A DNA stretch of 64,000 nucleotides from a virus (Duplodnaviria > Caudoviricetes), in IMG/VR virus record IMGVR_UViG_3300022752_000014. One strand, 5' to 3'. Both the position numbers and the translations under genes were made by a program. Under the pieces are notes generated by a model that searched no databases, was not told the origin of the DNA, and saw nothing but the letters and a program-made list of their open reading frames with translations. This document shows, piece after piece, positions 37,725 through 46,440 of this stretch. Each line of letters opens with the position of its first letter. The first letter of the stretch is position 1.

Positions 37725-38483
37725 ATGACAAGAAAAAGAAGGAGTAACGACAATCATTCGATTGGGGGTGTTTTACCTTTAAAGCAGACAAAAAGAAAAA
37801 AACCAATTGGTCAGGAACTACTTTTAGATATTGAACCACTTACTGAAAATCAAAGAAAATTATTTGAGTCTTATAATGCCGGTAAGCATCTAATTGCTCA
37901 CGGTGTTGCTGGTTCTGGAAAGACCTTTCTGTGCCTCTTCAAGGCACTCCAAGATGTTTTGAGTGAATGCACACCATACGAAAAGATTTATATCGTGAGA
38001 TCGCTTGTACCCACTCGTGAGATTGGATTCCTTCCAGGAAGTCACGATGATAAGTCATCTCTTTATCAAATTCCTTATAAGAATATGGTAAAGTATATGT
38101 TCCAGATGCCGAGTGATGCTGACTTTGAGATGCTCTATGGAAATCTCAAGGCACAAGAAACTATTAGTTTTTGGAGTACTTCTTTTATTCGTGGTACAAC
38201 ACTTGATAATTCTATTATTATTGTTGATGAAATGGAGAACCTGAGTTTTCACGAATTAGATTCTATTATTACTCGTGCCGGTGAAAATACTAAAATACTT
38301 TTCTGTGGTGATGCTTCTCAATCTGATTTACTCAAGGCAAATGAGCGCACTGGAATTATAGACTTTATTAACATCTTGCGTAAAATGCAATCTTTTGATA
38401 TAATTGAGTTTGGTGTAGATGATGTGATTCGTTCAGGGTTAGTCAAAGAATACATTATTGCAAAATTGGAATCTGGTTTTTAA
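37725..38483 (+). CDS. phoH: PhoH-family ATPase
   Basis: GVAGSGKT Walker A, RGTTLDN.IIIVDE, GD..QSDL, RSGLVK. Confidence 0.92.
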   Translation: MTRKRRSNDNHSIGGVLPLKQTKRKKPIGQELLLDIEPLTENQRKLFESYNAGKHLIAHGVAGSGKTFLCLFKALQDVLSECTPYEKIYIVRSLVPTREIGFLPGSHDDKSSLYQIPYKNMVKYMFQMPSDADFEMLYGNLKAQETISFWSTSFIRGTTLDNSIIIVDEMENLSFHELDSIITRAGENTKILFCGDASQSDLLKANERTGIIDFINILRKMQSFDIIEFGVDDVIRSGLVKEYIIAKLESGF

Positions 38484-39166
38484 TGTTTAAACATGTAGAT
38501 AATGAACTCCCTCAACTTGAGAGAGCAACGATTGATGGAGTCAGATACTATTCTGTTCCTGAAGAAGACAAACTTATTAAATTAGTTTCTATTACTTCTG
38601 TAATTAGTCACGTTAATAGTGAAATCTTTGTTAACTGGCGAAAAAGAATTGGAGTCGAAGCAGCAGATAAGATTACAAAGGCGGCAACAAGTCGGGGAAC
38701 CGATATGCACACGTTGGTTGAGAACTATCTTTATAATAGAGATCTTCCAACGGTTCAACCATTGTCTGAGTTCCTTTTTAATATTGCTAAATATGAGTTA
38801 AGTAGAATTAACAATATTTACTGTTTGGAGGGTGCTCTTTATAGTAAAAAACTTGGTGTTGCCGGAACAACAGACTGTATTGCCGAACACGACAATGAAC
38901 TTTCTGTAATTGACTTTAAGACTTCTAAAAAACCAAAACCTTTAGAATGGTTAGAAGGATATTTTGTTCAGGCAATGTTCTATGGAATGGCTCTTTATGA
39001 GATGACTGGTATTCGAGTCAAAAAACTTGTGATTATTATGTCTTGTGAAGATGGTGAATGTGTGGTATATGAGGAAAGAAATTTAGAAAAATATATGAAA
39101 CTGGTTGTAAAATATATTGAACAATTTGTAAATGATAAACTTGAACTTATGAGTATTAAAAATTAA
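38483..39166 (+). CDS. PD-(D/E)XK exonuclease
   Basis: SITSVIS, RGT.MH, AGTTDCI, IDFKTS, Q..FY. Confidence 0.85.
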   Translation: MFKHVDNELPQLERATIDGVRYYSVPEEDKLIKLVSITSVISHVNSEIFVNWRKRIGVEAADKITKAATSRGTDMHTLVENYLYNRDLPTVQPLSEFLFNIAKYELSRINNIYCLEGALYSKKLGVAGTTDCIAEHDNELSVIDFKTSKKPKPLEWLEGYFVQAMFYGMALYEMTGIRVKKLVIIMSCEDGECVVYEERNLEKYMKLVVKYIEQFVNDKLELMSIKN

Positions 39167-39169
39167 ATT

Positions 39170-39484
39170 ATGTCAAATATACTAGAAAAATTTCTAGAAA
39201 TTAATATAGAAGATATGGAAAACACAGAAAAAGACAAGCAACTCGAACAGGTTATTGAGGATAAATTCATTACTGCAACTAAATTTTCTCTTGAAATTGA
39301 GAATTTAGTTGCAAAAGAAAAATGTAACTACATTGATGGTATAGTATTATACTGTGAGAATAATGAAATTGAAATTGAGTCTGTGACTAAATTAATTTCA
39401 AAGCCATTGAAGGAAAGGTTAAAGTATGATGCGATTAATCTTAATTTTATGAAGAAAATTTCGCGTGGTAAGTTACCCGTTTAA
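39170..39484 (+). CDS. gp33: Late transcription coactivator gp33
   Basis: FS.EIE.LV...NYIDGI..YC....IE.E...KLISK.LKE; located before gp59. Confidence 0.85.
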   Translation: MSNILEKFLEINIEDMENTEKDKQLEQVIEDKFITATKFSLEIENLVAKEKCNYIDGIVLYCENNEIEIESVTKLISKPLKERLKYDAINLNFMKKISRGKLPV

Positions 39485-40074
39485 TGGCACCATTTGACGT
39501 ATATGTGAATTATTTGGCACTGAAATCTCATTTTTCAAGTCCCAAATATGATTACTTTAAGTATAATAAAAAAGTTAGAGCCTCATTAACATCTTTTAAT
39601 AAAAGAAAAGATCGTTATTTTTTTGAGAAAACCTCAAGAAAATATAATGATAAAGAAATAGTAGATTTTTTAGTATCTAATTTTGTTTCTACCGATAATA
39701 CACAGGCACTATGGATTGGCGAGATTATAAACTCCGGAGAAAGAATATATCGGGAGTGGATGAAGCGACAACAGAGTTTAACCTACTTGTTCAAAGAACA
39801 ATCGGAAGAATTGTTCTCGGAAACAAAATTAGAGAATGTTTTCGACTGTTCGAAAGGGCATCCAATAGTTTTAAAAAAGTTCCTGAGCGGGAAAATTAGT
39901 ATAGAAACACTGGTCATATTCGATAAAATATTCCTGTTCGGGAACTCCTTTGATAAGAAACTTCTAGATCCTGTATGGGAAATGGTAAGTTTAAAAATTA
40001 AAAAATATTCGCCATTTCTTGAAATAAATATTTTTAATTACAAAAAAACTTTGAGGGAAATAATCAATGAGTAA
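39484..40074 (+). CDS. gp59: Helicase loader gp59
   Basis: YLALKSHF...YDYFKY, F.KRKDRYFF.K, ISIETL. Confidence 0.88.
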   Translation: MAPFDVYVNYLALKSHFSSPKYDYFKYNKKVRASLTSFNKRKDRYFFEKTSRKYNDKEIVDFLVSNFVSTDNTQALWIGEIINSGERIYREWMKRQQSLTYLFKEQSEELFSETKLENVFDCSKGHPIVLKKFLSGKISIETLVIFDKIFLFGNSFDKKLLDPVWEMVSLKIKKYSPFLEINIFNYKKTLREIINE

Positions 40075-40399
40075 ATTTTTTGATTCTGATATTATTCAGG
40101 AAGAACTTGAAGAAATTGAAAATCTTCAAGAATTTATATATAAAAACATTTTAACTTTCGGTATGATGAATCGGGAAAATAAAATGAAACATATTGATAA
40201 GATGACTGAATTACTTGAAAAGCAAAGAATTATGTATGTTCGCCTTTCTCTTTCTGGTGATGAAGAAGCAATTGAAATGAAAGAAAATTTACAAAAATCT
40301 TTTTCACTTATGGGATTTCCTTTAGAAATTGATATGAATACTTTTTTTACTAATATGGAAAAAACTATAGAGTCTCTTAAAAAATACCTTGACAATTGA
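40067..40399 (+). CDS. Conserved hypothetical protein (DUF1825-like)
   Basis: FFDSDIIQEEL...LLEKQRIMY.RLSLS.D. Confidence 0.65.
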   Translation: MSKFFDSDIIQEELEEIENLQEFIYKNILTFGMMNRENKMKHIDKMTELLEKQRIMYVRLSLSGDEEAIEMKENLQKSFSLMGFPLEIDMNTFFTNMEKTIESLKKYLDN

Positions 40400-40417
40400 A
40401 TTATTTTTTGCTATAAT
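40389..40417 (+). promoter_or_regulatory. Consensus sigma70 promoter with extended -10, upstream of gp32
   Basis: TTGACA (40389-94), 17 nt spacer, TGcTATAAT (ending 40417). Confidence 0.85.
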
Positions 40418-40459
40418 ATAAAAGTAGAAATACAAAATCTATCGTATCTAAAAAATCTT

Positions 40460-41386
40460 ATGTCGTTTTCAGACTTAAAAAAGCAATCCAAACTTGGTTC
40501 TCTTACCGAAAAACTGGTAAAGGAAGTTGAGAAGATGAATAATTCCAGTAGTTCTTCTGCTGATGACCGTCTATGGAAACTTGAATGTGATAAGGCAAAT
40601 AATGGTTATGCCGTTATTCGTTTTCTTCCTGCTCCTGATGGTGAAGATCTACCGTTTGTAAAACTTTATAGTCATGCATTTCAGGGATCTGGTGGTTGGT
40701 TGATAGACTCGTGTCTTACTACTTTAAATCAGAAGTGCCCAGTATGTGAGCACAATTCTGGATTGTGGAACTCTGGAATTGATTCGAATAAGGAAGTTGC
40801 TCGCAAACAGAAACGCAAACTGACTTATGTAAGCAATATCTATGTTGTTAAGGATCCTGCCAACCCTGAAAATGAAGGTAAGGTAATGTTGTATAAGTAT
40901 GGTAAGAAAATCTTTGATAAGATTACTGCTGCAATGCAACCAGAGTTTGAGGATGAGTCTCCGATTGATCCATTTGATTTTTGGCAAGGTGCTAATTTTA
41001 AACTCAAGGCAAAGAATGTTGCCGGGTATAGGAACTATGACTCTAGTGAATTCACAACTCCTGGACCTCTTCTGGGTGATGATGATGCAATGGAGGCACT
41101 TTGGAAGAAGGAGTATTCTCTTTGTGATTTTATTGCTTCTGATCAGTTCAAGTCTTATGATGAACTGAAGAAGCGTCTTGATTCTGTTTTGGGTGGAAAA
41201 CCTTCAAATCATATTGATTCTGAAGTTTCGGACGAAGATGATTATCGTGGTTCTGTTTCTTCTTTGACAGAAGATTTAAAAGGTGAGATCAAGAACCTAA
41301 AACCAACTCGCTCTGTGTCGGTTGAGGATGAAGATGAAGACTCGGATGCTCTTAAATATTTTTCAAAACTTGCATCTGATGATTAA
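40460..41386 (+). CDS. gp32: Single-stranded DNA-binding protein gp32
   Basis: DDRLWK, GYAVIRFLP, CLTT...CPVC, YKYGKKIFDKI, NYD.SEF, acidic tail. Confidence 0.95.
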   Translation: MSFSDLKKQSKLGSLTEKLVKEVEKMNNSSSSSADDRLWKLECDKANNGYAVIRFLPAPDGEDLPFVKLYSHAFQGSGGWLIDSCLTTLNQKCPVCEHNSGLWNSGIDSNKEVARKQKRKLTYVSNIYVVKDPANPENEGKVMLYKYGKKIFDKITAAMQPEFEDESPIDPFDFWQGANFKLKAKNVAGYRNYDSSEFTTPGPLLGDDDAMEALWKKEYSLCDFIASDQFKSYDELKKRLDSVLGGKPSNHIDSEVSDEDDYRGSVSSLTEDLKGEIKNLKPTRSVSVEDEDEDSDALKYFSKLASDD

Positions 41387-41391
41387 AAACT

Positions 41392-42039
41392 TCAAGGATT
41401 AGAGACTCTCGTATTCTGTGTTTTAATTAACTTATCATTTACATATTGCGATGATCTATCATAGGTCATCGCTTTTTTAATATCATTTATTGCCTTTTGA
41501 AGATAGGATGGTTTGAGAATATAGATGCTTCTTTTTTGATTATTTTTAATCACCTCATATTCATAATTACTAATTCCTGTGACTGGATTTATTGTTTGAG
41601 TTGGAAAATTTGGTTTTGGAATGGTAAAGTTAGAGTCTACGACTTTACCTTTTGGAAGTATGAGACGACCATTAGAGTCCTTGACTTCTGTTGTTTCGAA
41701 ATGATGAATTGCATTTAAATCATTCTCATATAATTCTTCTGAATAACGATATATGTCCCTATCTGATAAAGGCCATTCATTTCTGACATTTATAATATTT
41801 GCACCAACTAATACTACCCAATCATACTTAGAACTTCCGTATATTTCTTGAGCAACCGTATCTGGTCTTGCTCCGTCTTGAATTTGATACTTATTGAATA
41901 TAGTAAAAACATTCTGTAAATCATCACGAAGTTTAACTCTACGAAATATATTCTTTACCAATAAGTAATCATCAGAACTTTTACGAGTGGATAAAAATGA
42001 TTGATATTCCAGATTTGGAATTTCTCTAAAATAAGACAT
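41392..42039 (-). CDS. gp53: Baseplate wedge subunit gp53
   Basis: MSYFREIP, RPDTVA..IYG...YDWVVL...N.I.N...EWP. Confidence 0.85.
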   Translation of the reverse strand: MSYFREIPNLEYQSFLSTRKSSDDYLLVKNIFRRVKLRDDLQNVFTIFNKYQIQDGARPDTVAQEIYGSSKYDWVVLVGANIINVRNEWPLSDRDIYRYSEELYENDLNAIHHFETTEVKDSNGRLILPKGKVVDSNFTIPKPNFPTQTINPVTGISNYEYEVIKNNQKRSIYILKPSYLQKAINDIKKAMTYDRSSQYVNDKLIKTQNTRVSNP

Positions 42040-42045
42040 TTTTTT

Positions 42046-42978
42046 TTAATACCCGGTTCCTGTTAGTGCTTTTTTAAATTCACCATCTTTATCAACATAA
42101 TCTTCATTATATATTGGTGTGAGTTCTTGAAATGACAGAGCCATAATTATATGGACCGGAGTGGCATCAGAGTATGTTGCATATGTTCCTGATCCTGTAT
42201 AATTAACATTCATATTAGTCAAGGCACATATCTTAAATTGATTTAAGAAAGGATGAGATTTTCCACCACTCATATATTGAAGTTTAAAGACACTCGGAGA
42301 TTTAATAAACAGACCTGCTGCTGCTCCAGTTTCTGCTCCTTTCTTTGCTGCCATTTCAGATTTAAAAAAGCGAATAATATCTTTAATTTGTTCTGATTCT
42401 TTTTTAGAACGAGGAATCATATTAAAATCAAATGAAAACCCTGCTCTCAACGAAACTCCTGAAAAAAGTAATTCGATATTTGAGTTAAAAACTGCTCCTG
42501 TTTGTCTAGAAAGATTTTGTTGAAAGTCTCCTCCTCCGAGTAGTGCCTTTGTTGCTTGGGTGGCAAAAAAAGTTTGCACCATCGATTGAGTTGTTCCTGT
42601 TTTTACTGCCGAATTTAATTTACCAGCAATATCAGTTACAAGACTTCCCATTGAATCTATTGGATTTGCCCCCTCAATTATCTCTATCGCTCCCCCCATA
42701 GTTGCAGTCTGTAGAGGACCCATCTCTCCACTACCCCAACTCGCCAAATTATTATCTTGAATATTCTCAGGAATTGGAAGTATGACTGTTCCTCTAATTT
42801 TTTTAGGACCATATCCACCACTTTCAACAACATCATCAGAACTTCTTTGTGCAAAACTACCATTATCTCCCAAATTTAATCCGGGAGGAGCATAGTCAAA
42901 TGATTGAATTTTCAAAAAATCATCAGATGCATCAATATTTTTAAGTGGATATCTAAAAGATCCTACTGGTTTTGCCAT
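42046..42978 (-). CDS. gp48: Baseplate tail-tube cap gp48
   Basis: VILPIP, N..ELLFSG..LR.FSF.F.M.PRS..E, P.VF, CALT.M.VNY. Confidence 0.85.
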   Translation of the reverse strand: MAKPVGSFRYPLKNIDASDDFLKIQSFDYAPPGLNLGDNGSFAQRSSDDVVESGGYGPKKIRGTVILPIPENIQDNNLASWGSGEMGPLQTATMGGAIEIIEGANPIDSMGSLVTDIAGKLNSAVKTGTTQSMVQTFFATQATKALLGGGDFQQNLSRQTGAVFNSNIELLFSGVSLRAGFSFDFNMIPRSKKESEQIKDIIRFFKSEMAAKKGAETGAAAGLFIKSPSVFKLQYMSGGKSHPFLNQFKICALTNMNVNYTGSGTYATYSDATPVHIIMALSFQELTPIYNEDYVDKDGEFKKALTGTGY

Positions 42979-43000
42979 TGATACTTTTTAGATATTTAGA

Positions 43001-43459
43001 CTATGTTGATAATATTTTTTTATATGGAACATCGTGTAGGTAATCAAATTCTTGTCCTTTTTTTATAATATGAAATGGACTCTCAACTCCTTCCCAGACA
43101 TAATTTCGATGATCTCCCCAGTGGACATTATATCCTTTAAATCCTGAAAGTGTAATTGATTCCACTAATAATAATGGGTGCTTATCATAAGCAATATTTG
43201 GAGTTTTTGCAGTATAAACAAAAGTGTATATATTTTCTGGTCTTGGATAGGGTTCAGTTTCATTAAAAACTTCTTGAATAATTGCCATAATTTCATCCGG
43301 AGTATCAAATCCTATTGATATTTTTTGCATCATCATCTGAACTTTACTTAACTTTATTTCCGGTTTTTCTTTTTGGTGCTGATCTTCTAATTTTTCTTTT
43401 TGACTTGTGAAAAAAGGTTTAATTTTACCTTTTGGGATCTTACTTACTTTTTTTGCCAT
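43001..43459 (-). CDS. gp2-like (DNA end protector-related) protein
   Basis: YTFVYTAKTP...YDKHPL...GF.G.NVHW resembles the gp2 core; located next to gp4. Confidence 0.5.
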   Translation of the reverse strand: MAKKVSKIPKGKIKPFFTSQKEKLEDQHQKEKPEIKLSKVQMMMQKISIGFDTPDEIMAIIQEVFNETEPYPRPENIYTFVYTAKTPNIAYDKHPLLLVESITLSGFKGYNVHWGDHRNYVWEGVESPFHIIKKGQEFDYLHDVPYKKILST

Positions 43460-43899
43460 TACTTATAACCGAAAAGTTCTTTTTCTGTAATAACCTTAAA
43501 CTCCCATTGACGATCTTTGCAATATTCTTTTGCCGCCTCCCATTTTGATTGGTTTTTGGCATACTCATATGCTTCATAGATATATCCTTTAGTTTGTCTT
43601 TGTGGTTTCTTTGGTGGCATTGTTTGTTTATAAGGTTTGATTTCAATTAAATATTTTTTAATATTTCCATCTGGTTCTTTGACTTTTATATAAAAATCTG
43701 GAAAGTATCTGTGAATTTTTCCGTCCACTGGAGAACGATATGGAATTGCGATTTCTTCACTAGCATATTCAATTATATTTTCATTTGTATCACAATAAAT
43801 TAAAAATTTGCGTTCCCATAAAGATCTATAGATTATATTTGAAGTGTTTCCAACATATTTTTGTGTATTTTTTGGTTGATATTTTCCTTTATATGACAT
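43459..43899 (-). CDS. gp4: Head completion protein gp4
   Basis: YRSLWE..F...CD, I.Y.SP.DG..HRYFPDF, EIKP..Q, N..KW.AA. Confidence 0.9.
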   Translation of the reverse strand: MSYKGKYQPKNTQKYVGNTSNIIYRSLWERKFLIYCDTNENIIEYASEEIAIPYRSPVDGKIHRYFPDFYIKVKEPDGNIKKYLIEIKPYKQTMPPKKPQRQTKGYIYEAYEYAKNQSKWEAAKEYCKDRQWEFKVITEKELFGYK

Positions 43900-43937
43900 C
43901 TAAATACTTATACTAGTAATTCCTTAAGGTATTTAGA
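43899..43937. promoter_or_regulatory. Face-to-face late promoter pair
   Basis: TCTAAATAC (43899-907) and its inverse GTATTTAGA (43929-37) lie between gp4 (-) and gp54 (+). Confidence 0.6.
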
Positions 43938-44726
43938 GTGCCGATTAAACGCAAGATTTCAGAATTTAAACCACTTTTCACAAATCTTGCACAAACTTCT
44001 CATTATGAAGTTAGATTTGGGGGTCTTCCTTTAAGATTATTAGAATATCTTTCGCGTAGAGGAATTACTCAAAGATTTATCTATGAGAGTGCCGGATTAC
44101 TTTGTTATTCTGCTTCTCTTCCAACAACAAATTTTGCAACTGCTAATATTACTGGAAATTTTATGGGAGTGACTGAAAAATTTGCTCATACCAGACAATA
44201 TTCTCAAATTGGACTTGAGTTTTATGTTGATAAAAATTATAATGCTCTTAAATTTATGGAAAGTTGGATGGAATTTATTGCCAGTGGTTCGAATAATCCA
44301 TTTGAAAGTGCTCTTGCTCCAATCGGACAAAATCGTAAGGATTATATTTCGAGAATGCAATATCCAGAATACTATAAATGTGACAGAACATCAATTGTAA
44401 AATTTGATAGGGATTATAAAAAAGAAATTGAATATAGTTTTATTGGATTATTTCCATCTTCCATTTCATCAATTCCGGTAAGTTATAATTCTTCTGATAT
44501 TTTGAAGATGTCTGCCACATTTGAATATGACCGATATATTTCTGGTAAATCTTTGTCCTTAAATATTTTTAAAGGTGATTCTAATAATGAAGAACCAAAA
44601 TCTCCTCAATCCACCAATTCTAATCCTGAAATTCCTAAAACTAGTAATATTTCTAATAAGATGCAAAATATCACCTTTTATGATAGAAAATTTACTGACG
44701 AAGAAATATCAGTATTGGATTTTTAA
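43938..44726 (+). CDS. gp54: Baseplate tail-tube initiator gp54
   Basis: LAQTSHYEV.F, LC.SASLP, L.FYVD..Y....F.ESW, Y.F.GLFP.SISS. Confidence 0.8.
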   Translation: MPIKRKISEFKPLFTNLAQTSHYEVRFGGLPLRLLEYLSRRGITQRFIYESAGLLCYSASLPTTNFATANITGNFMGVTEKFAHTRQYSQIGLEFYVDKNYNALKFMESWMEFIASGSNNPFESALAPIGQNRKDYISRMQYPEYYKCDRTSIVKFDRDYKKEIEYSFIGLFPSSISSIPVSYNSSDILKMSATFEYDRYISGKSLSLNIFKGDSNNEEPKSPQSTNSNPEIPKTSNISNKMQNITFYDRKFTDEEISVLDF

Positions 44727-44773
44727 GTAGACTAAAGACTCTAATAAATAAAACACGAATTGAATTATAAAAA

Positions 44774-45493
44774 ATGTCATTACCTAAGATTTCTATTCCG
44801 ACCTATGAGTTGGAAATTCCTTCAATTAAAAAAAATGTTAAATATAGACCTTTTTTAGTCAAAGAAGAAAAGGTTTTAATTATTGCAATGGAAAGTGATG
44901 ATACAAAACAAATTGCAGAAGCAGTTAAGACTGTGATTTCAAATTGTATTATTACAAAAGGATTTAAGGTTGAAAATCTGGCAACATTTGATATTGAATA
45001 TTTGTTTCTTAATATTCGTGGAAAGTCTGTGGGAGAATCTGTTGATGTCTTGATTACCTGTCCAGATGACGGAACAACTCAGGTTCCTATTTCTATTAAT
45101 TTAGACGATATTGGGGTGAATGTGAGTGATGATCATTCTAGGGATATTAAACTTGATGATATTTTGACTCTTCGAATGAAATATCCATCGATGCAAGAGT
45201 TTATTAAGAATAATTTTGGAAGTAATTCTATAATTAGTGTTGATGATACTTTTGATATGATTGTTTCTTGTATTGAACAAATTTATAGTGAAGAAGAATC
45301 TTGGGCATCTTCTGACAGCACCAAGAAAGAACTAAATGAATTTGTAGAACAACTCACCACAAATCAGTTTAAAGAAATTGAAAAGTTCTTTGATACGATG
45401 CCTAAACTATCTCATACCATTAAGGTCAAGAATCCAAATACAGGAGTTGAGAGTGAGGTGGTATTGGAGGGTTTAACATCTTTTTTCGTCTAG
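44774..45493 (+). CDS. gp26: Baseplate hub protein gp26
   Basis: MSLPKI..PTY.L.IPS...V.YRPFLVKEEK.L, FDIEYLFL.IR.KSVGE. Confidence 0.92.
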   Translation: MSLPKISIPTYELEIPSIKKNVKYRPFLVKEEKVLIIAMESDDTKQIAEAVKTVISNCIITKGFKVENLATFDIEYLFLNIRGKSVGESVDVLITCPDDGTTQVPISINLDDIGVNVSDDHSRDIKLDDILTLRMKYPSMQEFIKNNFGSNSIISVDDTFDMIVSCIEQIYSEEESWASSDSTKKELNEFVEQLTTNQFKEIEKFFDTMPKLSHTIKVKNPNTGVESEVVLEGLTSFFV

Positions 45494-45495
45494 GA

Positions 45496-45669
45496 ATGGC
45501 TCATACTTCGTTGGAGTCATACTATAGAACAACATTTCAATTGATTCAGCATCATAAATGGTCATTAACTGAAATTAATGATATGATACCTTGGGAAAAA
45601 GAGGTTTATATTACTCTTCTTTCTCAATATATTGAAGAGCAAAATCTAAAGAACCAACAGAATAGTTAA
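45496..45669 (+). CDS. gp51: Baseplate hub assembly catalyst gp51 (57 aa), not in the ORF track
   Basis: MAHTSLESYYRTTFQLIQHHKWSLTEINDMIPWEKEVYITLL..YIEE. Confidence 0.85.
   Translation: MAHTSLESYYRTTFQLIQHHKWSLTEINDMIPWEKEVYITLLSQYIEEQNLKNQQNS
45633..45663 (+). repeat. 31-bp direct repeat, copy 1
   Basis: tgaagagcaaaatctaaagaaccaacagaat, identical to 46410..46440. Confidence 0.95.
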
Positions 45670-45681
45670 AATATTTTATAT

Positions 45682-46293
45682 TTAAATTTTTTCAACTTTT
45701 ATAATGTCTTTATGCTTTTTTCTATTGCCCTTATAGACACTGTAAATATTTCCAACATTATATTCGTTTATTTTAGACCAAGTAGATAATTCATATATTA
45801 TTATTATATTTTCATTTTCATAAGTAAGTTTCCACCAATTGGACGAATGGTGTTTTTCGCCTCTTTGTGCTTCACTCATTTTTAATTTAGTTTCTTTGGA
45901 GGCAGATTTTCCATAATTATGATTTTTATTTCCTTTTTGTGCATTACTTATTTTTTTCTTATGTTCTTCTGAAAGAATTTTATTTTTATTTAATATCCTT
46001 AAGTTTTCTTTGAATTCTAAAGAACGAACAGCACCACTAGCACCTTCTCCACCATTAGTTCTATTATGGAGAATACCAGTTCCTAAATCTTTCCTACCAA
46101 AAACGGCAATCATATAGATTTCGTGCTTAAATGATTCTTCTTTAGTTAAGTTTTGTTTTAGGAATATTATTCTAGACTTATCTTTTGGTAATTTTACTCT
46201 TCTTTTTGTGGAATAAATTCTTTTACCCCTACCTTTACCAATGTATTAGGGAGTTTTATCTTCCCGCAAATATGCATAAGTATAGTAATTCAT
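45682..46293 (-). pseudogene. GIY-YIG (Seg-like) homing endonuclease with NUMOD3-like motifs and an in-frame TAA at codon 16
   Basis: MNYYTYAYLREDKTP*YIGKG...HEIYMIAVFGRKDL...NRTNGGEG; stop at 46246-48; the track ORF 45682..46113 is the in-frame remainder. Confidence 0.85.
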
Positions 46294-46303
46294 TTATATT
46301 CTA

Positions 46304-46374
46304 TTGGACTGCACTACTATTTATATTAAAAAGGAGAGGAAAATCCTCTTTATCCTGTAGAGATTGCAGTCCAA
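46304..46374 (-). promoter_or_regulatory. Late promoter inside an RBS-proximal inverted repeat
   Basis: 10-bp inverted repeat TTGGACTGCA (46304-13)/TGCAGTCCAA (46365-74); TATAAATA on the minus strand at 46318-25 (second copy 46385-92); inner hairpin AGAGGA/TCCTCT. Confidence 0.65.
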
Positions 46375-46409
46375 CAGGTATTTTTATTTATACTGATAAA
46401 TATACTTTA

Positions 46410-46440
46410 TGAAGAGCAAAATCTAAAGAACCAACAGAAT
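46410..46440 (+). repeat. 31-bp direct repeat, copy 2
   Basis: Identical to 45633..45663; its last two bases are the AT of ATG 46439. Confidence 0.95.

Noticed and set aside
45664-46409. IS element, intron or stop-codon reassignment
   Set aside because: No transposase or terminal inverted repeats; no gene is interrupted; TAA terminates most other genes here.
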